Shown here: positions 19,842 to 28,845 of the stretch, piece by piece
Position numbering within the stretch: position 1 is the stretch's first letter
Layout of the letters: every line of letters begins with the position of its first letter
From: an uncultured Gammaproteobacteria bacterium
Lineage (GTDB): Bacteria > Pseudomonadota > Gammaproteobacteria > Steroidobacterales > GCA-2729495
Direction: 5' to 3'
NCBI GenBank assembly: GCA_963698405.1
Contig: CAVOQT010000009.1
Location: forward strand, 11,185-75,184
Length of the DNA stretch: 64,000 nucleotides
The notes under the pieces: generated by a model
Seen by the model: the letters and a program-made list of their open reading frames with translations, nothing else
The model's database searches: none
Told to the model about the DNA's origin: nothing
Position numbers and translations under genes: made by a program

Positions 19842-21033
19842 ATGCGTATCGCTTCAAATGTCTATCAGATGCAGTGGCTGTCCTCGATCCAGCGCAAGCA
19901 GACCGAACTTGCAGCCATCCAGCAGCAGACCAGCACCGGCAAACGCGTCAACACAGCTGCCGACGATCCGGCCGGTGCCGCGCAGGCGCTGCTGCTGCAG
20001 CAGGGACTCGACCGCCTGGGCAACTTCAAGAGCAATGCCGAGACCGCCAGCCGGCGCCTGAGCCTCGAGGAAGTGGCGCTGTCACAGGGCAGCGATGCGC
20101 TGAACCGCGTACGCGAACTCGCCATTCAGGCCGCCAATGCCACGCAGACCCGCGAGAGCCGCTCGGCGATGGTCGCCGAGGTCAGCGAGCTGCTGACCGG
20201 TCTGTTCGATACTGCCAACAGCCAGGACGGCCAGGGCAGCTATCTGTTCGCCGGCAACCAGGTTCAGTCACGGCCCTTCGTGCCCGGCACAACCGTGCAG
20301 TACAACGGCGACAGCGGTGCGCGCTCGCAGCGCATCGGCGACACCCGCACCGTGCAGGAAGGCGATTCCGGCTCTGCGGTATTCATGCAGATTCCGGCCG
20401 GCAACGGCACCTATACGGTGACCGGCAACGTCAGCAATCAGGGCTCGACCTACTGGACATCGGCAACAGTCAGCAACGCTTCTGCCTGGGTTGCAGACAC
20501 CTACGCGATCAACTTCACGGCAGCGGACAGCTGGGAAGCACGCGACAGCGGGGGCAGCCTCGTCGCCTCCGGAACCTATGCCGCCGGACAGAGCATCAGT
20601 TTTGCAGGCGTAAGCGTCGGCTTCGAGGGGACGCCGGTGACAGGCGACCAGTTCAGCATTGCACCCAGCGGTTTCCAGAGCGTATTCAAGACCGTACAGG
20701 ACTTCCTCACCACGCTAGACGTCGACACCGGCACGCCGGAAGGGCGCGCCTGGTTCCAGAACCAGCTCAACAACAGCCTGCAGAATCTCGATCAGGGACT
20801 GCAGCATCTGGGCAACATCCGCAGCCAGGTCGGTGCGCGGCTGGCGACCATCGACCGGCAGCTCAGCAGCAATGAGGACATCGACCTGGACCTCGACCCA
20901 GTCGATCTCGGTGATCCGCGATCTGGACTATGCCAGCGCGATTTCACGGCTTGAGCAGCAGCTCAACAGCCTTGAAGCGGCCCAGAAGGCCTTTACGCGT
21001 ACACGATCACTGTCGCTGTTCGACGTTCTCTAG
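19842..21033 (+). pseudogene. flgL: hook-filament junction protein FlgL, interrupted by an apparent 1-nt insertion at 20895-20899
   Basis: Frame 0 is flagellin-like: MRIASNVYQ...AADDPAGAAQ...RSQVGARLATIDRQLSSNEDIDLDL. The conserved C-terminus QSISVIRDLDYASAISRLEQQLNSLEAAQKAFTRTRSLSLFDVL is in frame 1. Context is gac ctc gac cca g. Confidence 0.85.
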
Positions 21034-21034
21034 C

Positions 21035-21098
21035 GCAGGAGCGCTCGGCGCTTCGGCGATCCGCTGAAGGTCCCGCCGCTCCTGCGAGGCGCTCCTGC
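21035..21098. repeat. degenerate REP-like palindromic cluster / terminator after flgL
   Basis: gcaggagcgctcggcgcttcggcgat ... ccgctgaaggtcccgccgctcctgc ... gcgctcctgc. These are related to the gtaggagcggcttcagccgcgat unit at 1762-1820 and form nested inverted repeats. Confidence 0.5.
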
Positions 21099-21131
21099 AC
21101 AAAACTGCGACTTCCGTCACACGGTCGCCAT

Positions 21132-21158
21132 TCAAGTCTCCTCCCGCCGCGCCGATAA
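21132..21158 (+). promoter_or_regulatory. sigma-28 (FliA) promoter of fliC
   Basis: TCAAGTCT-N11-GCCGATAA at the same 19-nt register as the TAAAGTTT-N11-GCCGATAA consensus, 88 nt upstream of the fliC ATG. Confidence 0.7.
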
Positions 21159-21245
21159 CTCAGCTGCACAGCTTCACAGGTGCACCGGAAATGCACCGGT
21201 GTCCGGGAAAGCGGCGAAATTCAGGTAACCACTCAGGAGACGAAA

Positions 21246-22690
21246 ATGCCCAGTGTAGTAAATACCAATGTGTTGTCGCTGAATGCCCAGCGCAACCTGA
21301 CCCGCTCCCAGGACACCCTGGCGACCGCCCTGCAGCGCCTGTCTTCCGGTCTGCGCATCAACAGCGCAAAGGATGACGCTGCCGGTCTCGCCATCGCTGA
21401 CCGGTTCACCACCCAGATCCGTGGTCTGAACCAGGCCGCCCGTAACGCCAACGACGGTATCTCCCTGGCGCAGACGGCCGAGTCCGCCCTGGACGAGCTG
21501 ACCAACAACTTGCAGCGTATCCGCGAGCTGGCAGTGCAGGCCGCCAACGCGACCAACTCCGCCTCGGACCGCGCCGCACTCGACCAGGAAGTGCAGCAGC
21601 GTATCGCTGAAATCAACCGTATCTCCTCGCAGACCTCGTTCAACGGCCAGAAGGTTCTTGACGGCAGCTTCGGCACCGCCGCCTTCCAGGTCGGCGCGAA
21701 CGTCGGCGAGACGATTACGGTGAACCTGACCACGGGTGTGCGCGCTGACCAGATCGGCCAGATCGCCACGTCCACTGGTACGGCAGTGACCTCCAGCGCA
21801 CTGATAGACGGCGGCCTGACCATCGCTGTCGGCCAGGGTGCGGCAGTCAGCATCGGTGCCAGTGCAGCCGGTACTGCCACCACCCAGACCTCTGACAGCG
21901 CCTGGGCCAAGGTCAATGCGATCAATGCAGCCGGCGTTTCCGGCCTGACGGCCACCGCCACCAACGCGACCTCGGGCACTTTCTCGACGGTGTCGACAGC
22001 GCAGCGGCTACCTCCACCTACAACCTGACCATCAACAGCGTAGCGATCTACTCCGGTGCCGACAATCTCGCCGACGGTGCCTCGCTGACGGGTGCCGACG
22101 TCGTCGCACAGATCAACCTGTTCTCGAGCCAGACCGGTGTTTCCGCCTCCATCTCGGGTACCACGCTGACCCTGACGGCGGCTGACGGTCGCAACGTGGT
22201 GCTCGCCGAGACCCTCACCGCCGGCACAGGTGCCACGCTGACCGGTACCGGTATCGCTGCCGCCCAGACGGGCACTCTGCGCGGCACGATCGAACTGTCC
22301 GCTGCGCAGAACATCACCCTTGGTGGTGCCAATGCTGACATCGGCTTTTCCGGCACTTCGATCGCGGTCGACAGCACCACACTGGCGACGGTCAGCGTCA
22401 CCTCGGTGGCCAATGCCAACACGGCGATCCAGCGGGCTGACGCTTCACTGACGGCGGTGTCTTCACTCCGCAGCCAGCTCGGCGCCATCCAGAACCGTTT
22501 CGAATCGACGATCTCCGGCCTGACGGCGGTCTCCGAGAACCTCACAGCTTCTCGCAGTCGTATTCAGGACGCTGACTTCGCCGCCGAAACGGCAGCTCTG
22601 ACCAAGGCGCAGATTCTGCAGCAGGCAGGTGTCGCGGTGCTGGCCCAGGCCAACGCCGTGCCGCAGACCGTGCTGAGTCTGTTCCGGTAA
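21246..22690 (+). pseudogene. fliC: flagellin FliC, interrupted by an apparent 1-nt deletion about 21975-22001
   Basis: AGGAGA SD, then [54 protein letters not shown]... in frame 0, with a stop at 22026-28. From about 22001, frame 2 reads [23 protein letters not shown]...RADASLTAVSSLRSQLGAIQNRFESTISGL...LQQAGVAVLAQANAVPQTVLSLFR, the flagellin C-terminus. Confidence 0.85.
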
Positions 22691-22707
22691 CAGCAAGGCA
22701 TACGGAC

Positions 22708-22737
22708 GGGTGGCCGGTTCAGCTGAACCGGCCACCC
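22708..22737 (+). terminator. rho-independent terminator after fliC
   Basis: gggtggccggttc-agct-gaaccggccaccc perfect 13-bp stem, followed by atctgcttt, 18 nt after the fliC stop. Confidence 0.65.
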
Positions 22738-22819
22738 ATCTGCTTTGGTGATGCCAAACGTGGCTTATGTTGAAGAGATGACTTCCCGCTAGCTCAGTTG
22801 CCTCCAGGAGAGGTAAACC

Positions 22820-23170
22820 ATGGACAGTGTGATGATTCGTAATGCCGCCAGCGCCACGGGAACCAGCCCGTCGCGAGCGGACCAGGGTGGCAGGGTTTTG
22901 CCGGCACTCGGCAAAGGCTTGCCTGATACAGCGAAGGCTGAGGCCGCTCCCGAACGCATGGAGGAAGCCCTCAGTCGCATCCAGAGTTATCTGAGTGCCT
23001 CCAATCGCGAACTGCAGATCAGCATGGATAAGGGCAGCGGACGCACCGTAGTCCGCGTGGTTAACCCGGATACGCAGGAAGTGATCCGGCAGATCCCCAA
23101 TGAAGAAGTGCTCAAACTTGCCGCTTCGCTCAGAGCCGCGGGAGGCGGAATCTTCAGCGACCTGGCGTGA
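22820..23170 (+). CDS. flaG: FlaG family flagellar protein
   Basis: 116 aa: LSASNRELQISMDKGSGRTVVRVVNPDTQEVIRQIPNEEVLKLA is the FlaG signature. It sits between fliC and fliD. Confidence 0.85.
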   Translation: MDSVMIRNAASATGTSPSRADQGGRVLPALGKGLPDTAKAEAAPERMEEALSRIQSYLSASNRELQISMDKGSGRTVVRVVNPDTQEVIRQIPNEEVLKLAASLRAAGGGIFSDLA

Positions 23171-23185
23171 TGGCACATAACTTGC
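23171..23185 (+). promoter_or_regulatory. sigma-54 promoter of fliD operon
   Basis: TGGCACataacTTGCT starts on the nucleotide after the flaG stop. The predicted TSS is about 23197, which argues for the fliD ATG at 23240 over the GTG at 23189. Confidence 0.75.
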
Positions 23186-23239
23186 TCTGTGACAGACAGG
23201 TATCCATCACCAGAACCTGATCCGGGACCGTATGTACGC

Positions 23240-24596
23240 ATGGCAACACTGACCACATCAGGACTTGGCTCCGGCCTCGACATTGCCGGCATCGTCGACA
23301 AGCTCGTCGCTGCAGAACGCGCCCCTATTGCCAATCGCCTCACTGCCAAAGAGTCGAAAGCCAATGAACTGCTTTCGGCTCTGGGCCAGTTCAAGAGCTC
23401 GCTGTCTACCTTCAAGGATTCACTGACGCCTCTGAAGGAACTCAGCACCTTCCAGGGCCGCAAGATCACCGTCGGTGACAACGAGGTATTTACTGCAACC
23501 GCCAGCGAGACCTCGCGCCCGGGAAGTTACTCGGTCGAAGTCACTGCACTGGCCGCAGCCCACAGGATCAGTTCGGCTGCCCAGCCGGATGCCACCACAG
23601 CAGTTGGCACCGGCATCATCAGCATCACCGTCAATGGCACAACTGCACAAATCGCCATCGGCACCGGTGCCAGCTCACTGAATGATATCCGCGATGCGAT
23701 CAACGCAGCACCAGACAATCCTGGCGTCCGCGCCACGATCGTCACCGGCACCGGCGGTGCACACCTGGTCGTGAGCGCCACGAAGACCGGCACCGAGAAT
23801 GCCATCACCATGGCAATAAGTGGCGGCGATGGCGGGCTCGCCCCTTTCGTCTACGCCGCCGGCGGACCATCAAACACCATGACGCAGCTCGATGCAGCGG
23901 CAGATGCCAGCGTCACCATCGACGGCATAACGGTCAGCAGCGCGACCAATACGATTACCAGCGCCATCGAAGGCGTCACGCTGAACCTGGTCAAGACAGA
24001 CGCGGGCACAAAGCTCGACGCTGAATATCGAATTTGACACCGACGGCACGAAACGCTCGGTGGGAAACTTCGTCAACAGCTACAACAAGCTGATAGACAC
24101 GATCACCCAGCTGACCAAGTACAACAAAGACACCGGCGACGCGGGACCATTACTCGGCGACTCCACTGTACGCGGAATCCGCGACCAGTTGCGCCGTGAG
24201 CTCAGCAGCGTGCTCGGCAATACGGACACGGCATCGCTGGCCAGCATCGGCGTGACTACCCAGATCGATGGCAAGCTGGCCATCGATGCCACCAAACTCG
24301 ATGCGGCAATTGCTGACGATTTTGACTCCATCAGCGGGCTATTCACCGGCACCACCGGACTGGCTACCCGCCTGGACACGATTACCAGCGCAACGCTCTC
24401 CAGTGCCAGCGCGATAGCCACCCGTGAAGGCAACCTGAAGACCACGCTCAAGAGCATCACCACCCAGCGTGCATCGCTGGATAGCCGCCTTGAACAGGTC
24501 CGCGCGCGCCTCAGCAAGCAGTTCAACGCCATGGACAGCCTGCTGGCGCAACTCAAAACCACCAGCAGCTTCCTGTCAGCGCAACTACCCAGCTAG
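23240..24596 (+). pseudogene. fliD: filament cap FliD, interrupted by an apparent 1-nt insertion about 24017-24020
   Basis: Frame 2 reads MATLTTSGLGSGLDIAGIVDKLVAAERAPI...LNLVKTDAGTKL then DAEYRI*, with the stop at 24035-37. Frame 0 continues (T)LNIEFDTDGTKRSVGNFVNSYNKLIDTITQL...LSKQFNAMDSLLAQLKTTSSFLSAQL, the FliD C-terminus. Confidence 0.85.
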
Positions 24597-24607
24597 GACA
24601 ACATCCC

Positions 24608-25054
24608 ATGACTTACCCATCACCCAATAACCCGCTACACCAGTACCGCGCAGTAGACGCCTATGGCGCAGCAGCCTCTTCTGACCGGATGCAGCTGGTT
24701 CTCCGTCTGCTGCAGGGTGCGCTGGACCGCATCAGCAGCGCACGCGGCCACATGCAGCGCCGTGAAATCGGACTCAAAGGCGAAGCACTCGGTCGCGCAG
24801 TGCGCATGATCGATGGCTTGCGCGCTTGCCTTGATCACAAGAACGGTGGTGATATTGCGACCAATCTCGCCGCCCTCTATGAATACATGACGCGCAGGCT
24901 GACCGAGGGCAACCTGCGCAATGATCCGCGCGCACTCGATGAAGTCGCCGACCTGCTGGAGGAGATTCGCTCCGGCTGGGAGCAGGTCTCGTCATCGCCT
25001 GCATTGCGCGTCGTGGCACCGGTCAATACAGGAGCCAGCCGGAGCATCTCATGA
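24608..25054 (+). CDS. fliS: flagellin chaperone FliS
   Basis: 148 aa: QYRAVDAYGAAASSDRMQLVLRLLQGALDRI...NLAALYEYMTRRL, typical of FliS. Confidence 0.88.
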   Translation: MTYPSPNNPLHQYRAVDAYGAAASSDRMQLVLRLLQGALDRISSARGHMQRREIGLKGEALGRAVRMIDGLRACLDHKNGGDIATNLAALYEYMTRRLTEGNLRNDPRALDEVADLLEEIRSGWEQVSSSPALRVVAPVNTGASRSIS

Positions 25055-25386
25055 ACTGTCTGGACCGGATCATGGAGCTGACCGACGACATCGAGGAGCG
25101 CGTACTGGCCGCTGACTGGGCCGGCGCAACGGGTCTCGATATCGAGCGTCGGCAGCTGCTGGGTGAATTGTTCGCCCGTCATCCGGATGCGGCACACGAC
25201 AGCGAAAACAGGGCCATTCTCGAACAACTCAAGGCACGCAACGCAGCGACCATGGCGGCAGTAGGCAGCGCCCGGCAGGTACTGACGATTGCCGCCCGAC
25301 AACTGGATGCGGCACCCGCCGTGGTACGCGCCTATGAACGCAATGCCCTGAGCACCAGAGTCAGCACAGCGACGGCAGGAGGCTGA
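25051..25386 (+). CDS. fliT: probable FliT-like flagellar chaperone
   Basis: 111 aa helical protein overlapping the fliS stop by 4 nt, at the position of fliT in Pseudomonas-type clusters. The assignment rests on position and size, not on a motif. Confidence 0.5.
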   Translation: MNCLDRIMELTDDIEERVLAADWAGATGLDIERRQLLGELFARHPDAAHDSENRAILEQLKARNAATMAAVGSARQVLTIAARQLDAAPAVVRAYERNALSTRVSTATAGG

Positions 25387-25393
25387 GGCAGCG

Positions 25394-25999
25394 ATGAACC
25401 AGGCACAACACGAACCCGAGTTTGACGGACTGGCACTGCATGATTATCTGCCGCTGGCATGGGAACCGTCTGAACTGATCAACCCGGCCGACCTCGAGCA
25501 CTACAACCAGGAAACGGCGCGTGCCCTGCAGGCCATAGCGCTATTCGAAGAAGCGCCGAAGGAAATTTCCACGGATGCACAGCACCAGGATCAGGAACTG
25601 CTGCACCTCGAGGTCAAGGTCGACGTACTGCTGTCACTGGTGTCACGTCTGGTGAATCAGCAGCATGGCCTGCCCAAATCACACAACACGGTACTGCGTG
25701 CCGATACACTGGAGTGGACCGGCCCGGCTGTCGACCAGGCGCGGACCGGCGACACCGGCGTCATCGTGCTGTATCCCAATCCGCTGTTGCCGCTGCCTTT
25801 CCGGTTGGCCGGACGGATTGCCGGATCGGTCGAGCGCGGTGGTACGCGCTGGCGCCTGACGCGTTTCGAACACATGTCACCAGCAGTGCAGATCGGGATC
25901 GAGAAGCTGGTATTTCGCCGTCATCGGCGTCAGGTGGCCATCGCACGCGGCACCGACGTGTTCAGCAAGACGGGCATTCACCGCGCGCCAAAATTCTGA
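25394..25999 (+). CDS. atypical PilZ-like domain protein (flagellar-operon associated)
   Basis: 201 aa. An N-terminal helix (ELLHLEVKVDVLLSLVSRLVNQQ) is followed by a beta-rich region (VLRADTLEWTG...GVIVLYPNPLLPLPFRLAGRI...RWRLTRFEHMS). I could not find canonical RxxxR...DxSxxG motifs in the usual order. Confidence 0.45.
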   Translation: MNQAQHEPEFDGLALHDYLPLAWEPSELINPADLEHYNQETARALQAIALFEEAPKEISTDAQHQDQELLHLEVKVDVLLSLVSRLVNQQHGLPKSHNTVLRADTLEWTGPAVDQARTGDTGVIVLYPNPLLPLPFRLAGRIAGSVERGGTRWRLTRFEHMSPAVQIGIEKLVFRRHRRQVAIARGTDVFSKTGIHRAPKF

Positions 26000-26098
26000 C
26001 CGCAGCCCCGATATAGCCCGCCAATTCCCCGGCACCAGCGGTATAGCGGAACCCCGGAAACCTCTTAATAGATTGTTTTTACTGAATATATAAGCCCC

Positions 26099-26112
26099 GG
26101 CACGCTTCTTGC
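26099..26112 (+). promoter_or_regulatory. sigma-54 promoter of fleSR-fliE... operon
   Basis: cGGCACgcttcTTGCT with 12-nt GG-to-GC spacing, 40 nt upstream of the fleS ATG. An AT-rich tract just upstream (cttaatagattgtttttactgaatatataa) could be an IHF-type bend site. Confidence 0.7.
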
Positions 26113-26151
26113 TCATGGTTTCTACGTGACCATTGGCAGAGAAGTGTGCAT

Positions 26152-27105
26152 ATGACCGACCCCAGCCAGAATGCCCAGCACAGGGACCAGCTCAAGGATG
26201 CCCTGCAGAGCTTCAGCAGCGCATCAGAGCGGCTCGAGACTGCCTATGCGCGCCTCGAAGCCGAAGTCGGCTCGCTCAAGACGGCACTCGCCACCACCAC
26301 CGACGAACGCGATACAGCCCTGGCGCGCAGCGCCGAGGCAACGACACAACAGCGCAAGGTCGATGCGGCCCTGTCCCGTCATCAGCGCCTGGCGGCACTC
26401 GGCGAGATGGCCGCAACTCTCGCGCACCAGATTCGCACCCCCCTGTCAGCTGCCCTGCTCTACACCTCGAATGCCGCCAACCCGGCGATTCCACCACCGC
26501 GACGCGACGAGCTGCTCTATCGTGCGATCGACTGCCTGAACAATCTCGAACATCTGGTCGGTGACATGCTCGGCTTTGCGCGTGGCGCCGTCGCAAGCAA
26601 CACACCGGTAGAACTCAAGGATATCGCCGCAGCGACGGAAAACGCAGCCGCCGCACTGCTGCGTCCCGGCCAGCAACTGACCATATCGCCAGCACCCGGG
26701 CAGGCCATCGTGTGCGCCAACCGCGAAGCACTGGTCGGCTCACTGCTGAACCTGATCACCAATGGCCTGCAGGCTTCCGGACCATCTGCAGAGGTAACCG
26801 TCAGCTTCAGCGTTACCGGCAGCCATGCAGAACTGCGCGTCAGCGACAACGGGCCGGGCGTACCGCCGGGTCTGCGCAACCGGATCTTCGACCCGTTTTT
26901 CACCTCCCGCAGCGACGGCAATGGCCTGGGACTGGCAGTCGTGCAATCAGTGGCACGCGTACATGGCGGCGACGTCCACGTCGAGAACAACCCGTCACAC
27001 GGCGCAAGCTTCGTGCTGCGACTGCCACTGGCAACCACACCCAGCCAACTGCCGGTACGCGATACGCATGACAGGACTGCATCGGCGGAGCATCAGGCAG
27101 CATGA
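26152..27105 (+). CDS. fleS: flagellar two-component histidine kinase FleS/FlrB-like (cytoplasmic)
   Basis: HisKA H-box LGEMAATLAHQIRTPL, N box LLNLITNGLQA, G boxes DNGPGV and GNGLGLAV. No TM segment. Only a roughly 80-aa coiled-coil-like N-terminus. Confidence 0.85.
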   Translation: MTDPSQNAQHRDQLKDALQSFSSASERLETAYARLEAEVGSLKTALATTTDERDTALARSAEATTQQRKVDAALSRHQRLAALGEMAATLAHQIRTPLSAALLYTSNAANPAIPPPRRDELLYRAIDCLNNLEHLVGDMLGFARGAVASNTPVELKDIAAATENAAAALLRPGQQLTISPAPGQAIVCANREALVGSLLNLITNGLQASGPSAEVTVSFSVTGSHAELRVSDNGPGVPPGLRNRIFDPFFTSRSDGNGLGLAVVQSVARVHGGDVHVENNPSHGASFVLRLPLATTPSQLPVRDTHDRTASAEHQAA

Positions 27106-28472
27106 GCAAAAGACACCCCATCCTTCTGGTGGAGGACGACACCACACTGCGCGAAGCGCTGGCCGAGACCCTGCGCCTCGCCGACTATGAAGTCGTCACT
27201 GCAGCCGATGGCGAAACCGCACTGGTCGCCCTCACTGCTGATGTCTTTGAGGCCGTAGTCACCGATTACCAGATGAAGCCCATGGACGGCTTCGCACTGC
27301 TGTCGGCGATCCGCGAACTGCGCCCGTCGCTGCCGGTTCTGATGATCACTGCACATGGCAGCATCGAACACGCCGTGCGCTGCATGCTCGAAGGCGCCAC
27401 CGACTATCTCGTGAAACCCTTTGCCGCCCCGGTACTCATCGAGCGACTGAAGCGTCTGCGCCCGCTGATGACACACTCTGCACACGATCTGGTGGTTGCC
27501 GACCCGCTGAGCGTGGAACTGGTCGGCCTGGCCGAACGGGTCGCCGCATCCGATGCCACGGTTTTGATCAGCGGCGAAAGCGGTACCGGCAAGGAAGTAC
27601 TGGCCCGCCTGCTGCACCAGCTGGCACCGCGCGCCGACCGCCCGTTTGTCGCGATCAACTGTGCAGCCATCCCGGAGAACATGCTGGAAGCGCTGCTGTT
27701 CGGACATGAGAAAGGCGCCTTCACCGGCGCGCACGAGGCGCGACCCGGCAAGTTTGAACAGGCTCAGGGCGGCACACTGCTGCTGGATGAAATCAGCGAG
27801 ATGGACATCGGCCTGCAAGCGAAGCTGCTACGGGTACTCCAGGAACGTGAGGTCGAGCGCATCGGTGGCCGCACGACCATCCCGCTCGATGTACGCATCA
27901 TCGCCACAACCAACCGTGATCTGCGCCAGCACGTTGCAGACGGCAAGTTCCGCGAAGATCTCTATTACCGGCTGAGCGTTTTCCCGCTCACTGCCCCGGC
28001 ACTGCGCGAGCGACCCGGCGACATCATCCCGCTGGCCCAGCACTTTCTGCAGAAGCTCACCGGCGATGAGCGTCTGACACCGATGCTTGCCGAAGATGCC
28101 ATCGCTGCCCTGAACAGCCACACGTGGCCGGGCAACGTCCGGGAATTGCAGAACCTGTTGCAGAGGGCGGTAATCCTCAGCAGCGGCAAGCTCATCCACG
28201 CACGCGACCTGCGTTTCGAGGCACCGGTCAGCAAAACCGCACCGCTTGCGATCGCCCCGGCGGGACAGGAAACCATACTGCAGGAGAACATGGCATCGGT
28301 CGAAGGTCAGTTGATCGTCGATGCACTGACCCGCGCTGGCACCCGGCAGAAGGCCGCAGCCAGCCTGGGCATCAGTCCACGCACACTGCGCTACAAGATT
28401 GCCCGCCTGCGCAGCATCGGCTTCTCGATCCCGCGCTGTCGCGAAACCCTGCACAACAGCCAGACCGCCTGA
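27102..28472 (+). CDS. fleR: sigma-54-dependent response regulator FleR/FlrC
   Basis: REC domain (ILLVEDD...DYQMKPMDG), AAA+ module ([27 protein letters not shown]) and a C-terminal HTH. ATGA overlap with fleS. Confidence 0.9.
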   Translation: MSKRHPILLVEDDTTLREALAETLRLADYEVVTAADGETALVALTADVFEAVVTDYQMKPMDGFALLSAIRELRPSLPVLMITAHGSIEHAVRCMLEGATDYLVKPFAAPVLIERLKRLRPLMTHSAHDLVVADPLSVELVGLAERVAASDATVLISGESGTGKEVLARLLHQLAPRADRPFVAINCAAIPENMLEALLFGHEKGAFTGAHEARPGKFEQAQGGTLLLDEISEMDIGLQAKLLRVLQEREVERIGGRTTIPLDVRIIATTNRDLRQHVADGKFREDLYYRLSVFPLTAPALRERPGDIIPLAQHFLQKLTGDERLTPMLAEDAIAALNSHTWPGNVRELQNLLQRAVILSSGKLIHARDLRFEAPVSKTAPLAIAPAGQETILQENMASVEGQLIVDALTRAGTRQKAAASLGISPRTLRYKIARLRSIGFSIPRCRETLHNSQTA

Positions 28473-28506
28473 ACACAGCAAGCACCGGAGCACTACCGTG
28501 AGCCAG

Positions 28507-28815
28507 ATGGAAATCAACAATGTCTTGAGTCAGATGCGGACCCTCGCCGCATCCATGGACCTGCCAACTGCCACACCCAAGGTGGCCGACAGCAACAGTT
28601 TCGGTCAGGTGCTGCAGCAGTCGATCGACAAGGTCAACGAACAGCAGTCGGTAGCCACCAGCATGATGACCGATTTCCAGAATGGCACTACAGATACCAG
28701 TGTCGCGGAGGTGATGGTAAGCATGCAGAAAGCCAGCCTGTCATTTACGGCCATGACGCAGGTACGCAACAAGCTGATCGAGTCTTATCAGGAAATCATG
28801 AACATGCCGATCTGA
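28507..28815 (+). CDS. fliE: flagellar hook-basal body protein FliE
   Basis: MEINNVLSQMRTLA...FGQVLQQSIDKVNEQQ...VMVSMQKASLSFTAMTQVRNKLIESYQEIMNMPI, the canonical FliE. A GTG at 28498 is an alternative start. Confidence 0.88.
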   Translation: MEINNVLSQMRTLAASMDLPTATPKVADSNSFGQVLQQSIDKVNEQQSVATSMMTDFQNGTTDTSVAEVMVSMQKASLSFTAMTQVRNKLIESYQEIMNMPI

Positions 28816-28845
28816 TCGGGCATGTGGAATTCTCGGGAGTAATTC

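Noticed and set aside
23189-23239. GTG start at 23189 for fliD.
   Set aside because: It lies upstream of the TSS predicted from the sigma-54 promoter at 23171-23185. The conserved FliD N-terminus (MATLTTSGLGSGLDI) begins at 23240.
15739-24596. Programmed ribosomal frameshifting or phase variation as the explanation for the six frame breaks.
   Set aside because: The junctions have no slippery heptamers, simple-sequence repeats or homopolymer tracts. The shift directions are mixed, five +1 and one -1. Six programmed events in structural flagellar genes has no precedent that I know of.
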